Shown piece by piece: positions 26,719 to 39,123 of a stretch of DNA of 64,000 nucleotides. The position numbers were made by a program, and so were the translations under genes. Position 1 is the first letter of the stretch, and the number at the start of each line of letters is the position of its first letter. Under the pieces are notes generated by a model. The model was not told the DNA's origin. It saw nothing but the letters and a program-made list of their open reading frames with translations, and searched no databases. Location of the stretch: contig CM059429.1 in assembly GCA_030390025.1 (NCBI GenBank), forward strand, positions 138,260,001 to 138,324,000, given 5' to 3'. The DNA is from Squalus acanthias. Its lineage: Eukaryota.

Positions 26719-29700
26719 CAGCATGCTACCAAGCTTGAGATACCAAGAGATCGCGAGGGGAGCTCGGGGCCAGGGGCGCTGGGGGTGAGGGGAGCTGGGG
26801 GCCAGGCATCGCGAGGGGAGCTGGGGGCCAGGGATCGCGAGGGGAGCTGGGGGCCAGGGATCGCGAGGGGAGCTGGGGGCTCGGGGCCAGGGATCGCGAG
26901 GGGAGCGGGGGGGCCAGGGAGCGCGAGGGGAGCTGGGGGCCAGGGAGCGCGAGGGGAGCTGGGGGCCAGGGGCCAGGGAGCGCGAGGGGAGCTGGGGGCC
27001 AGGGGCCAGGGAGCGCGACGGGGGCTCGGGGCCAGGGATCGCGAGGGGAGCTGGGGGCTGGGGGCTCGGGGTCGGGGGCTGGGGGTCGGGGGCTGGGGGC
27101 TGGGGGCTGGGGGCTCGGGGCCAGGGATCGCGAGGGGAGCTGGGGGGGCTGGGGGCTGGGGGGGCTGGGGGCTGGGGGCTCGGGGCCAGGGATCGCGAGG
27201 GGGGCTGGGGGCTCGGGGGCTCGGGGCCAGGGATCGCGAGGGGAGCTGGGGAGCTGGGGAGCTGGGGGCCAGGGATCGCGAGGGGCGCTGGGGGCCAGGG
27301 ATCGCGAGGGGGGCTGGGGGCCAGGGGAGCTCGGGGCCAGGGATCGCGAGGGGGGCTGGGGGCCAGGGGGGCTGGGGGCCAGGGAAGCTGGGGGCCAGGG
27401 ATCGCGAGGGGAGCTGGGGGCCAGGGATCGTGAGCCTCACAGGCACAAATACAAAAAACTGATGGGTTGCCCTAACCTCCACCAGAATATTAGTGCTAAT
27501 TTGATCTTTGAAAGACAACATCATTCATGTCCAAGGCCCAGGAGCAAGGTCGAAGCCCAAGAGCGAGGACGAGGCCAGCAGCGTAGTCGAGGCCCAGTAA
27601 TGGTGCAGGGTGGACCAGCAGCGGGGTCGGGAGGACCTCACTGCATCTCATGAAGCCCAGGCAGAGAGGACCTGCGGGGAGGAGGACAGCAGCAGTATGT
27701 TTGTGTGTGTGTGCTTGGCCGATGTAGCAGAGCCTGGTCTCCAATCGTCTTTGATCCCCTTGCCATTGGACCAAGAACTTGCTCTGTCAAGCCCGTGTGG
27801 TAGCTGGTGTGCAACGGCCACCCCACATTAAAAGAATTCATGCACAGGCATCTTCCACTCTTTAAAATGAAGTTTGGGACCTGGAACGTCAGGACCCTCA
27901 TGGACAGCCCCAACAACCGGAACGCCGTACTGCTATCGTTGCCCGGGAGCTCAGACGTTTCGACATAGACATCGCCGCCCTAAGCGAGACCCGGCGGGCA
28001 GTGGAAGGCCAGCTCAAGGAGCAAGGCGGTGGTTACACCTTCTTCTGGAAAGGCAAACCTGAAGAAGAATGCCGCCTCCATGGGGTAGGCTTCGCCATAA
28101 AAAATGAGCTAGTTGGACGTCTCAGAGACTCCCCTTGTGGAATAAACGAACGCCTCATGACTCTACGGCTCACCCTAGCCCAGAACCAGTGCGCTACAGT
28201 TATCAGTGCGTACGCCCCAACACTAGAAGCCACAGACGAGACCAAAGAGTAATTCTACTCCAACCTCAAACAATTCCTGTCTCAAGTCTCAATGGGCAAC
28301 TTTAACGCCAGAGTTGGAAAGGACACAGACCTCTGGGGAGGTGTGATCAGCAGAGAGGGGATAGGGAAAGCCACCTCCAACGGTACCCTCCTCCTGACGA
28401 AATGCTTAGAACATGTCCTTGTCATAACCAACACCTTGTTCCATCAGAGAGACAAGTACAAGGCTTCATGGCAACACCCTCGCTCCAAGCACTGGCATCT
28501 GCTGGACTACGTCATCGTCCGAGCGAGGGACCGCAAGAACGTCTGCATCACCCGCGCCATGACAGGAGCTGAGGACTGCTGGACAGACCACCGCCTAATC
28601 CGCTCTGTCATCTCCATCAATGTAGCCCCAAAACAGCAGAAACAATGCCGCAGGAAAATCAACGCTGGAGCACTCAAAGACCCTGCTAAGAAAGCCCTAT
28701 TCAGCCTGCGCCTCACAACCAGCCTGACGACTCCCAGTGATTCAGAGACACAGAGTGTCCACAGCGCCTGGTCTGCACTCAAGGCCTCCATAATCAGCAC
28801 CTGTGAAGTGACGTTCGGTCACTCGACCAGGAAACACCAAGACTGGTTCGACGAGAACGACCAGGAGATCCAGGAGCTAATAAGCCGCAAGCGCAAGGCA
28901 TTCCTGATCTGGAACCAGCAACAGAACTCGAGAGCAAAAAAGCAGCTCTACAGACGCCTGAAGGCCGAGGTCCAACAAAAAACTCGCAACCTAAAGAACA
29001 GATGGTGGTTGGAGAAAGCGCAGGAGATCCAGCAGCTAGCCGACAACCACGACGTGCGTGGATTCTTCAGCGCAGTCAAGACCACCTATGGCCCAAGGTC
29101 CTACCCCACTGCGGGCCAAGAACGGAGAGGTACTTATCAAGGACAGAGAGGCAGTCAGTGCCCGCTGGAAGGAGCACGTTGAAGATCTCCTTAACCGAGA
29201 CTCTGTCTTCGACGCGAGTGTCCTCAACTCCATCCCGCAGCATGCTACCCGCCACCACCTCAGCACAACCCCAGCCCGGCATGAGGTTGAAAAGGCCATC
29301 CGCCAACTGAAGAACAACAAGACCTCAGCAGCAGACAGAATCCTCGCCGAGGCACTAAAGCATGACGGAGAAGCACTATTGGCGCGAATACATGAGCTTA
29401 TTTCTCTTATTTGGAAGGAGGAGAGCATGCCAGGGGATCTCAGAGCCGCCGTAATCGCGACCATCTTCAAGAAAGGTGACAAGTCCGATTGCAGTAATTA
29501 CAGAGGAGTCTCCCTGCTGTCTGCCACAGGGAAAGTCATCGCAAGAATCCTCCTCAATCGCCTTCTCCCAGTGGCTGAAGAGCTCCTCCCAGAGTCGCAA
29601 TGCGGATTCCGCCCACTAAGGGGCACAATGGACATGATCTTCACCGCGCATCAACTACAAGAGAAATGCAGGGAACAGCACCAACCGCTGTACATGGCCT

Positions 29701-31060
29701 TTTTTTTGACCTCACAAAGGTCACAAAGGCCTTCGACACCATCAACCGTGAGGGATTATAGAGTGTCCTCCTCAAATTCGGCTGCCCTCAAAAGTTTGTC
29801 ACCATCCTCCGCCTGCTTCACGACGACATGCAAGCCGTGATCCTGACCAACGGATCCACCACAGACCCAATTCACGTACGGACCGGGGTCAAGCAAGGCT
29901 GTGTCATCGCACCAACGCTCTTCTCGATCTTCCTTGCTGCAATGCTCCATCTCACCCTCAGTAAGCTCCCCGCTGGAGTGTAGCTAATCTACAGAACAAA
30001 CTGGAAACTGTTCAACCTCCGTCGCCTCCAGTCCAGATCCAAGGTCGTCCCATCCTCTGTCATCGAATTACAGTATGCAGACGACGCTTGCGTCTGCGCA
30101 CACTCGGAGGTCGAACTCCAAACCATCATCAACACCTTCACCGAAGCGTACGAGAGCATGGGCTTTACACTAAACATCCATAAGACAAAGGTCCTCTACC
30201 AACCTGCCCCCGCCACACAGTACTGCTCCCCCCGATTATCAAAATCCACGACGAGGCCTTGGACAATGTGGACCACTTTCCATACCTCGGGAGCCTACTG
30301 TCAACAAGGGCAGACATCGATGACGAAATCCAACACCGCCTTCAGTGTGCCAGCGCAGCCTTCGGTCATCTGAGGAAGAGAGTGTTTGAAGACCAGGACC
30401 TCAAACCCGGCACTAAGCTCATGGTCTACAGAGCAGTAGTGATACCCTCCCTCCTGTATGCTTCAGAGACAGGGACCATGTACAGCAGGCACCTCAAAGC
30501 ACTGGAGAGGTACCACCAACGCTGCCTCCGCAAGATCCTGCAAAACCATTGGCAGGATAGGCGCACTAACATCAGTGTTCTCGCTGAGGCCAACATCCCC
30601 AGCATCGAAGCTTTGACCACGCTCGATCAGCTCCGATGGACGGGCCACATTGTCTGCATGCCCGATACGAGACTCTCAAAGCAAGCACTCTACTCGGAGC
30701 TCCGACACGGCAAGAGAGCCCTAGGTGGGCAGAGGAAACGCTTCAAGGACACCCTCAAAGCCTCCTTGAAAAAGTGCAACATCCCCACCGTCACCCTGGC
30801 CCAAGATGCACAAAGTGGAGGAGAAGCATCCGGGAAGATGCCGAACACCTCGAGTCTCTTCACCGGGAGCAAGCGGAAGCCAAGCGTAAACAGCGGAAGG
30901 AGCGCATGTCAACACAAGCACCCCACCCACCCGCCCCTTCAAGCACCGTCTGCCCCCATCTGTGACAGAGACTGTAGGTCCCGCATTGGACTCATCAGTC
31001 ACCTGAGAACTCATTTTTAGTGTGGAAGCAAGACACCCTCGGTTCTGAGTGACTGCCTAA
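26719..31060 (+). mobile_element. Near-full-length RTE-clade LINE (APE + RT + C2H2), inactivated
   Basis: 11-bp TSD gagtaagtgct (26708-26718, 31061-31071). ORF starts MKFGTWNVRTL at 27867; NYRGVSLLS, ESQCGFR, GVKQG, QYADD; ends CDRDCRSRIGLISHLRTHF* at 31020; several stops and frameshifts. Confidence 0.93.
26750..27432 (+). repeat. G-rich compound minisatellite in the RTE 5' region
   Basis: Permuted units such as ggggccagggatcgcgaggggagctg and ggggct(c/g); extreme G skew. Confidence 0.95.
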
Positions 31061-31585
31061 GAGTAAGTGCTGCTTGATAGCATTTTCCATGACCCTTTCC
31101 ATCAATTTGCTGATGATTGAGAGTAGGCTGATAGGGCGGTAATTGGCCAGATTGAATTTGTCCTGATTTTTGTGGGCAGGACATACCTGGGCAGTTTTCC
31201 ACATTGTTGGGTGACTACCAGTGTTATAGCTGTACTGGAATTGCTTGGTTAGAAACATGGCTAATTCTGGAGCACAAGTCTTCAGCACTGCAGCTGGGAT
31301 GATATCAGGGCCCACAGCCTTTGCTGTATCCAGTGCACTCAGCCTTTTCTTGCTATCATGTGGAGTGAATCGATTTGGGTGGAGTGAATCGATTTGGCTG
31401 AAGACTGGCTTCTGTGATGGTAGGTACCTCAGGAGTAAGTCGAAATGGATCATCCACTCCGCACTTCTGGCTGAAGATGGTTGCAAACACTTCAGCCTTG
31501 TCTTTTATATTCACGTGCTGGGCTCCGCCATTATTGGGGATGGGAATGTTCATGGAGCCGCCTCCTCCCGTTAGTTGTTTAATTG
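31061..31585 (-). mobile_element. CR1-group LINE fragment (same family as 49743-52784), split by the RTE; the other piece is at ~26655-26718
   Basis: LKTCAPELA...ANYRPISLLSIISK; the sequence rejoins across the RTE to match 50631-50690. Confidence 0.9.
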
Positions 31586-32837
31586 CATTATATGTGTATT
31601 ATATTACCTTTTGTCCTCACCAGAATAAATGTTTTGCTTACAGGAAATGTGAGGGCAAAAGATTGTTAAAGTTCTAGAGGCCTTCATGCTGTTCGATTCA
31701 TTTCTGTGAAAGCCATTTGTTTAGATGTATTGTCTTCCAGAAAGCATTAAGTACTCGGGTAGCAGAATCCATTCCCATGGTGCCTCAGTGTTGTGAAGGT
31801 GTCCATGGCAACTTCTCACCTCAAAATTATAAGAACATAAGAAATAGGAGCAGGAGTAGGCTATTTTATCAGCACTGTTTGAATGCACAATGTAATTGCA
31901 TAGAACCAAGGTACAATTTCCTCAACTCGCCTAAGTGCTTACTCCTGATAAGTTCATAAAATATCAATAGTAAATGGCGAGCGTTAAGCAGAATAATTCA
32001 TGCCATTGTGTAAAGTGGGGACATTCTGATGTATGAAATAACGCATCACAATATGTATCATATTCCCATTTCAATCTGGTTTTTTTTTGTCGTGGTTGTC
32101 TTTGCCCGGATGCTAAGGTCTGCTCATTGTGGCATCCTTCGTCCTGCATGATTCTTACGGTATTTTACAAGTATAGCATTGAGGGACTTCTGTATTATGA
32201 TTTGCATTATGCCCCACCTTCTAATATTCTGTTATACCAGGATCTCTGATATGATGCACAACATTTATGACTATGTTCTTAATGGAAAAATCATGCTCTA
32301 TTGTACACCTCTTAAGGTGCTTCTAAATTGAAACTTGCTCAGCTTGGATCTTGCATGAGGGCCAAGTCCCTGAGTTTGCATTGTTTTAAATGGATTCCTT
32401 ATCCCAACAGCAAAATTTTAGATGATTTTTTTAGGTTAGAATAAGGGAGCTGGTTTTAATAGTGTACATGGGGGTAATAGGGAAAGACAGATGCATGAAT
32501 GCCACTCTCCCACAGTCAAACCCAAAAACCCCTATGTAAAGGCAGCTTCACTGCAATATGGTATGGCTCAACAAACATTGCACAATAGTCAAGTCTGTAG
32601 ATATCATTAAAATAAATTGGTTCTCAATTTCCTTGGACTTTCTGCCACTTTGTTGCACTTTTGACGAAGTTACGGTGGTGCAACGGCAGAATATCCAAGA
32701 AAATTCAGGGCCTTTATCTTCCACTCCTCCTTTTATCAGTTAACTTTTCTCTGTCTTTTAGGTCCCACTCCCACATTCTCCAATGTTCTTTTTAACTGGC
32801 TCTTAGGAAAGGTGTGAGCATGATATGGGTTGACTTG

Positions 32838-33810
32838 CTTATTATGATTTGGATGAGGGAACCAAATGTAATATTTCCAAGTTTGCTGACGACACGAAAC
32901 TAGGTGGGGTTGTGAGGAGGATGCAAAGAGGCTTCAAGGCGATTTAGACAAGTTGAGTGAGTGGGCAAATACATGGCAGATGCAGTATAACGTGGATAAA
33001 TGTGAAGTTATCCACTTCGGTAGGAAAAACAGAAAGGTAGAGTATTATTTAAATGGTGATAGATTGGGAAATGCTGATGTACAAAGGAACCTGGGTGTCC
33101 TTGTACACCAGTCACTGAAAGCAAACATGCAGGTGCAGCAAGCAGTTAGGAACGCAAATGGTATGTTGGCCTTCATTGCAAGAGGATTTGAGTACAGAAG
33201 CAAGGATGTCTCACTACAGTTATGCAGGGCCTTGGTGAGGCCACACCTGGAGTACTGTGTGCAGTTTTGGTCTCCTTACCTAAAAAAGGATATACTTGCC
33301 ATAGAGGGAGTGCAGCGAAGGTTCACCAGACTGATTCCTGGGAAGGCAGGACTGTCGTATGAGGAGAGATTGGGTCGACTAGGCCTGTATTCACTAGAGT
33401 TTAGAAGAATGAGAGGGGATCTTATTGAAACGTATAAAATTCTGACAGGGCTAGACAGACTGGATGCAGGGAGGATGTTTCCCCTGGCTGGGAGGGTCTA
33501 GAACGAGGGGTCATAGTCTCAGGATACGGGGTAGGACATTTAGGACTGAGATGAGGAGAAATTTCTTCACTCAGAGGGTGGTGAACCTGTGGAATTCTCT
33601 ACCACAGAAGGCCGTGGAGGCCAAGTCACTGAATATATTTAAGAAGGAGATAGATAGATTTCTAGACACAAAAGGCATCAAGGGGTATGGGGAGAGAGTG
33701 GGAATATGGTATTGAGATAGAAGATCAGCCATGATCATATTGAATGGCGGAGCAGGCTCGAAGGGCCAAATGGCCTACTCCTGCTCCTATTTTTCTATGT
33801 TTCTATGTTT
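32838..33810 (+). mobile_element. Young CR1 LINE 3' fragment
   Basis: [35 protein letters not shown]; (tttctatg)n tail. Confidence 0.92.
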
Positions 33811-34180
33811 ATCCGTCTCCTCTCCCTCTGAATAAGGGCCTTGCCTCTACTTGTTGTGTCCCTCCCGATGACGAGGTCTGAAGCCACATCCGAGTACTTC
33901 ATGATGCAGCAGGGCGGTGCACTACTTGCACACCTCTGTTATGATTCACATGCTGTGTCATCTCTATCCCAATGATGAACTTTACTCCAGGCATTACTAA
34001 GTTGTTCTAATTTGTTAGGGTCTGGTGAGGAAAGTAATCATTATATTTTGTTTAATGAGATATGTATAGTATATATTATAGTGAGCTTCGACATTTTTAT
34101 AACTGGTAGATCTGCAGCGGCATTGCACATGGCCCGTTAAACCCTGACAGCAGCTGATTTTCTTCCTCATTTATTCTCTT

Positions 34181-34630
34181 TTGGCTCAGCAGTTTTGTCT
34201 CTGAGTCAGAAGTTTGTGGGCTCAAGCCCCACACTTTAGTGCAGTACTCAGCAAGTGCAGCATTGTCAGAGATGCAGAATTTATTTTAACCTAACCCACT
34301 GGCGGGACCGGATTGACCACCCATTTTACACCCTGCCCGATTTTACTTTCCATTGACTTTGGGCGAGGTGTAAAACGAGCGGCCAATCCGATCCTTTCAT
34401 ATTCCTGCCAGGTGGGTTATGTTAAAATTACTCTCGCTGTCTTTCAGATGAGAGTTTAAACCAAGGCCCAGTCAGCCCGTTCAGGTAGACATAAAAGATC
34501 CCAGGCGTTTTTCAAGAAGAGCAGGGAGCTAACTCGGTGTCCTGGCCAACATTCATCCCTCAACTGACCGGTCATTCATCTCAGTTACTTTGGGACCTTG
34601 CTATGAGCAAGTTGACTGCCACGTTTATTT
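34181..34630 (+). mobile_element. DeuSINE-like copy interrupted by a ~160-bp palindromic MITE (34276-34435)
   Basis: SINE core split at gatgc^gctgtctttcagatgag; MITE arms ttttaacctaacccactggc / gccaggtgggttatgttaaaa. Confidence 0.75.
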
Positions 34631-35203
34631 ACAACAACAATTTGTATTTATATAGCGTCTTTAACGTAGTAAATTGTCCCAAGGTGCTTCACAGGAGCTT
34701 TATAAAACAAAATTTGACACCTGAGTCGCATAAGGAGATATTAGGGCAGTTCAAAGTGGTCGGTTTTAAGGAGCGTCTTAAAGAAGGAAAGAGAGGTAGC
34801 GAAGCGGAGAGGTTTAGGGAGGGAATTCCAGAGTTTATGGCCTTGGCAGCTGAAGGCACGGCCACCAATGGTTGAGCGATTGAAATCGGGGATGCTCGAG
34901 GCCAGAATTAGAGGAGCACAGATATCTCGGAGGATTGTAGGGCTGGAGGAGTTTAAAGAGATAGGGAGGGGCGAGGTCATGGAGGGACTTGGAAACCAAG
35001 TTGAGAATTTTAAAATCGAGGTGTCGCTCAACCGCAAGCCAATGTAGGTCAGCGAGCACAGGGGTGATGGTGAACGGGACTTGGTGCGAGTTTGGACACG
35101 GGCAGCAGAGTTTTGGATGACCTCAAGTTTACAGAGAGTAGAAAGTGGGAGGCCAGCCAGGAGAGCGTTGGAGTAGTCAAATCTAGAGGTAACAAAGGCA
35201 TGA
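34630..35203 (-). mobile_element. L2 LINE 3' fragment
   Basis: IHAFVTSRFDYSNALLAGLP...IQNSAAR; reverse-complement match to 15270-15960. Confidence 0.9.
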
Positions 35204-36539
35204 ATCAGTAACAAAACAATGACAGCACATCATAGAGTGAAATGGTTACAGGGTGAGGCAGGAACAGGGTGAGACTAAGGACTTCTAAAATGGGAATTTG
35301 AAGAGTGAGAATCTGTTGGTGAGTAGGAGATAAGCTGTGGGGAAGTAGTACAGAAATTGTGCTTTTTATTTAACTAAAATTTAAGCTTCGATTTTAACTT
35401 GAGCAATTGTAAGCCAGTTGACAGTTAACTGTCAAGTCGGTCACAACAACAACAACTTGTATTTATATAGCGCCTTTAATGTAGTAAAACGTCCCAAGGC
35501 GCTGCACAGGAGTATTTTAAGTCACTGGCCAGATGTTATTGGGAGTTGATGCATCAGTCAGATTTCTGCATATACACACAATGGTGCTTTTCAATTTTTT
35601 GGCGGGGTGGCGGGGGGGGGGGGGGCCCAAATCCCATCATTTGAATCTTTTTCTTACCAAAAATGTTTCATGGATTCCTGCACCAATCTAACCATGGATA
35701 ATGGTCTATAATACCTCTCTCTCCCTTTATTTCTGTTTCCCTCAGTCTTTCGCTCTCTCCACTTTCATTTTATCCTCTTTCACTTCTGATCTTTTTCTTT
35801 TACTTCTGTTTTTCTCTGGATTTTCTTTTCTGTCTCGTCCTTCACCACAAACAACAGAGAAAATCCAGGTAAAAAATAATAGGAGGAACTGAGGTAAACT
35901 TTATGAATAAGAACAAAGGATTAAAGAAAATGCTGAATAAAGTTATCAAAACAAACTGCTGTTAGCTGAAATTAAATGTAAATAAGGCTTCACATTTTCA
36001 GTTTTTTCCTTATGCTTTTTATATTTCCTGCCGACCGTTCCTATTTTCCTGATTTTCACCCTTTTTTTCTTTTGTCATTTCATTTAAAATTTAGTTTTTT
36101 CACTTATTTGGAGCTGTAAATACTGCATCTGCAGAAAAATAGACTTAACCAGATAAGAACAACATTGACAGGAATGTTGGTTGGCGAATAAGCAGATGCA
36201 ATGACACAATAAACAGAAGAAATTTCATTATAAAGATATAAACACACATTGAAAATTATTCAACATTTCTTGATAACAATCCTTCATCCAATTGCACTAA
36301 GCTTTGAGTATTATTGGAAATGAGTGATTTGAAATTTCACTTCAGGTGAAATCGGGTATTATGTGAACAGCAAAAACTCATCAATTCCGGAGTGGAATAT
36401 AAAGGCTGAATATGATCCAGAGAGAAATGGAGCTACTGTCCATTTCTAGCCATGCTGGATGCCCACCAATGACCACAGTTTGAAAGACAAACAGGCTCTT
36501 GGCAGCTCACTTTCAATTTAAGTTTAAAATAAATAAATG

Positions 36540-37978
36540 GTTCCCCTGAGGGTTTTGTGAGCAGCTGCGCCACACAGGCCAGGCTGGTGCTGTTAGTTGA
36601 TCTTTGTTGGGGCAGCAGAGAGGGGCTCGGGTAACCCCTGAGTTACCACTCTTTGGAGTGCCACATATTCTAAGATGGCCTGCAAGGTTGCGCAGTTGTT
36701 CCGCACATGCTGTTAAGTGAACTCCATCTGCAGCACCCTGTCTGGCAAGGCTCCCAGTGCTTGCACCAATGCTTGAAGCTTTGGAAATAAAGTGTTTTTA
36801 AAAGCTGGACTCGCAAAATTCTGATCTTCATGCTCTTCAGCCAAGAGGCTATGCAACCTGACCTTCCTTCCAGCAATGCTGTCTTCCTTGTGCCACCAGC
36901 TGCTTCTCCTGCTCAATCAAGTTCTTTGTGTCTCCTAGTGCACTACCCTCTGTCTCACTCACTAACTCCCTTGGGGAATACATCTCTGAGCTTGGATGGA
37001 TAGAATGAGTTATAGTGCAAGCTCAGAAGTGCTGACAAGGCCATATGTGTTGGGATTCGTATGCTCTTTCTCAGCAACATTAATAGGAGGAAAAGAAATA
37101 GCGAGGCTGCAATGGTTTCTTGATGAACAGAGTTAACATGTAACTTACAATAGAAGGAGTGACCTGAGGCTCTTGTGATATGGTTTGCTGACAGTTAAGG
37201 TGGGACACAGAAGGATGAGAAGCAGATCTTTATCATGACCCTGTAGCTGACACATCCCCTCTTACTTCCCAGTCTCGGACACCCAATATGGGTTCCTTTG
37301 TCAGGAATTGCTGCACTTTTTGCTCATAGGATATTATAGGTCGGTTTGGGGTTGCCACCTGTCGCAGCTCTCTCTTGCATTATGGGTTGTCTTCATCTTG
37401 AAAAAGAATATAAAAGGTCAGAATTCTCCTTTTATTCCTATGACATTCCTATGATGTAAAACACAGGTGCCATCATTCAGCCAGTCATGGGTTTGAAGAC
37501 AGGTGCACGCAACAATTACATTCAATCCGAGGCTTTTGCAGGGTGAATGTATGTAAAGATGTGAGTGAAGGAACATTTGCAGATTAAGGCTGGGATTGTC
37601 ACTTGTACTGTTTAGCCTCATGGGCATTGATTATTTATGAAAGCACTTAATACAGTGAGGTGGAGAAATCATTGTAAGTGATAGACATGCTTATTACAAT
37701 TCAATCTTGGAAGGTGTTGGTGGCTTCTCTTACCTTGGCTGATGTCCTAAGGTCATTAAACCTCTTCTGGGAAGGCCTGACTGAGCAGCAGGTTGTGGAG
37801 TTGACACTCGCTGCCTTTACAATCTCCTATCATTGCCTATGGGAAGCTATCATGGGGACCTGCAGCACTCAGTGCCAAAGAGTATTGCCTACCTCTGCCT
37901 TACTTCCTGTAACAATATTTCTATTGTCCCAACAGAGAACCTCGGGGCTCTTTGCCCTCCTGAAAATCTGGCAACCAT
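36540..37978 (-). pseudogene. Decayed Harbinger-type Myb/SANT-like (MSANTD/NAIF1-like) gene
   Basis: Manual translation of 37978-37734: MVARFSGGQRAPRFSVGTIEILLQEVRQR*AILFG...EIVKAASVNSTTCCSVRPSQKRFNDLRTSAK|gtaaga, with stops and a frameshift. Downstream extent approximate. Confidence 0.72.
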
Positions 37979-39000
37979 TCTGCAATGGCAGACCTTTGTG
38001 AACAGACACAGTAACAATGATCCCTGCCACTTTAGCTGCTGCAAACCTTTAAATTCTACAGCAGCATTCTATTTCCTGCCCTGAAATGGGCGGGCTCAGA
38101 AAAAAAGGTGTTTCTGATGCTAGACCTTGCCTGAAATATTTTAATGAGGCTAACTTTGGAAATGATGCCAGGGTCAGCACTCATCTCTTTGGGCGGATGG
38201 ATTTTCACCTCACCATACTTCCAGTTGAGCACATGCCAAATCGGAAAATCCAGGCTGGAATGTCTGTTACACAGAAATGTTTCACAGCAGTTAAACCACA
38301 TTCAATCAACTTTGCGTCGTTGGAATTTGGAAACCAATTTGGATGTTAGGTCATTTGTATTTTTCTTGAGCAAATTAAGCCAATTGCACTTGAAGTTAAA
38401 TTGAAAGTCACCAAAATCACAGTCATATATGCGTGACTCCGCACAGCAGTGATTTCTTGGGAAGGGAAAATCAGAAAAAGCTTCAGGATTGCAGCTGTGC
38501 ATAAGTCAAGACATGTTTTTACTGCAGTGCTGTATCAGGATTATCATCAGCAATTGAAGATGACGTGTAACTCCCTGGAGTACTGATGCAATCTAATTTG
38601 TTAGGCAATGTTTGATGTATTCTGCGGTGTTATTTGTGGATAAAGGTGTTTGTGTTGTGTATATATAATATGTATTAAAGAATTAGAGATCATAACCTGT
38701 GATACCAGATCTTTTTTTTTCTTAATTCACTGAACTGTGTTTTGTTTAATACAAGGTTTTGTAGCATTCCTGAAAAAATCAAATAAATTGAGGTAACAAA
38801 CAATAGACAGAATCTAAAATGGGCCATTTCATTTTATGTAACGAAATAACTGTCATTTCAAATACCTTCATATACATCTGCTTCACTTCCTTCTCATCCT
38901 ATTATGCTCTGTATTTATTATCATTACTTCATATTTTGTCCTGAGTAGAATAAGAGCTCCAATTCGCTCTGCTAATGCAATGTTTTTATTTCAATGTCTC

Positions 39001-39123
39001 CTTGGAGACAAATTCTACCCATTCTTTCCATGGCTCATGAGGCCATTCCACAGGACTCCCAATGCAGCAGATGAGAGATATAGTGAAGCTCACATGAGTA
39101 CAAGAATTCCCATTGAGCAAGCA
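39001..39123 (+). pseudogene. Harbinger (HARBI1-like) DDE transposase relic, upstream piece
   Basis: LGDKFYPFFPWLMRPFHRTPNAADERYSEAHMSTRIPIEQA fits the DDE_Tnp_4 motif LGDxGYPxxxWLMTP...YNxAHxxTRxxIE. Confidence 0.85.

Noticed and set aside
26718-27524. 268-aa proline-rich and 225-aa glycine-rich ORFs as genes
   Set aside because: By-products of a stop-poor G-rich minisatellite inside an RTE insertion.
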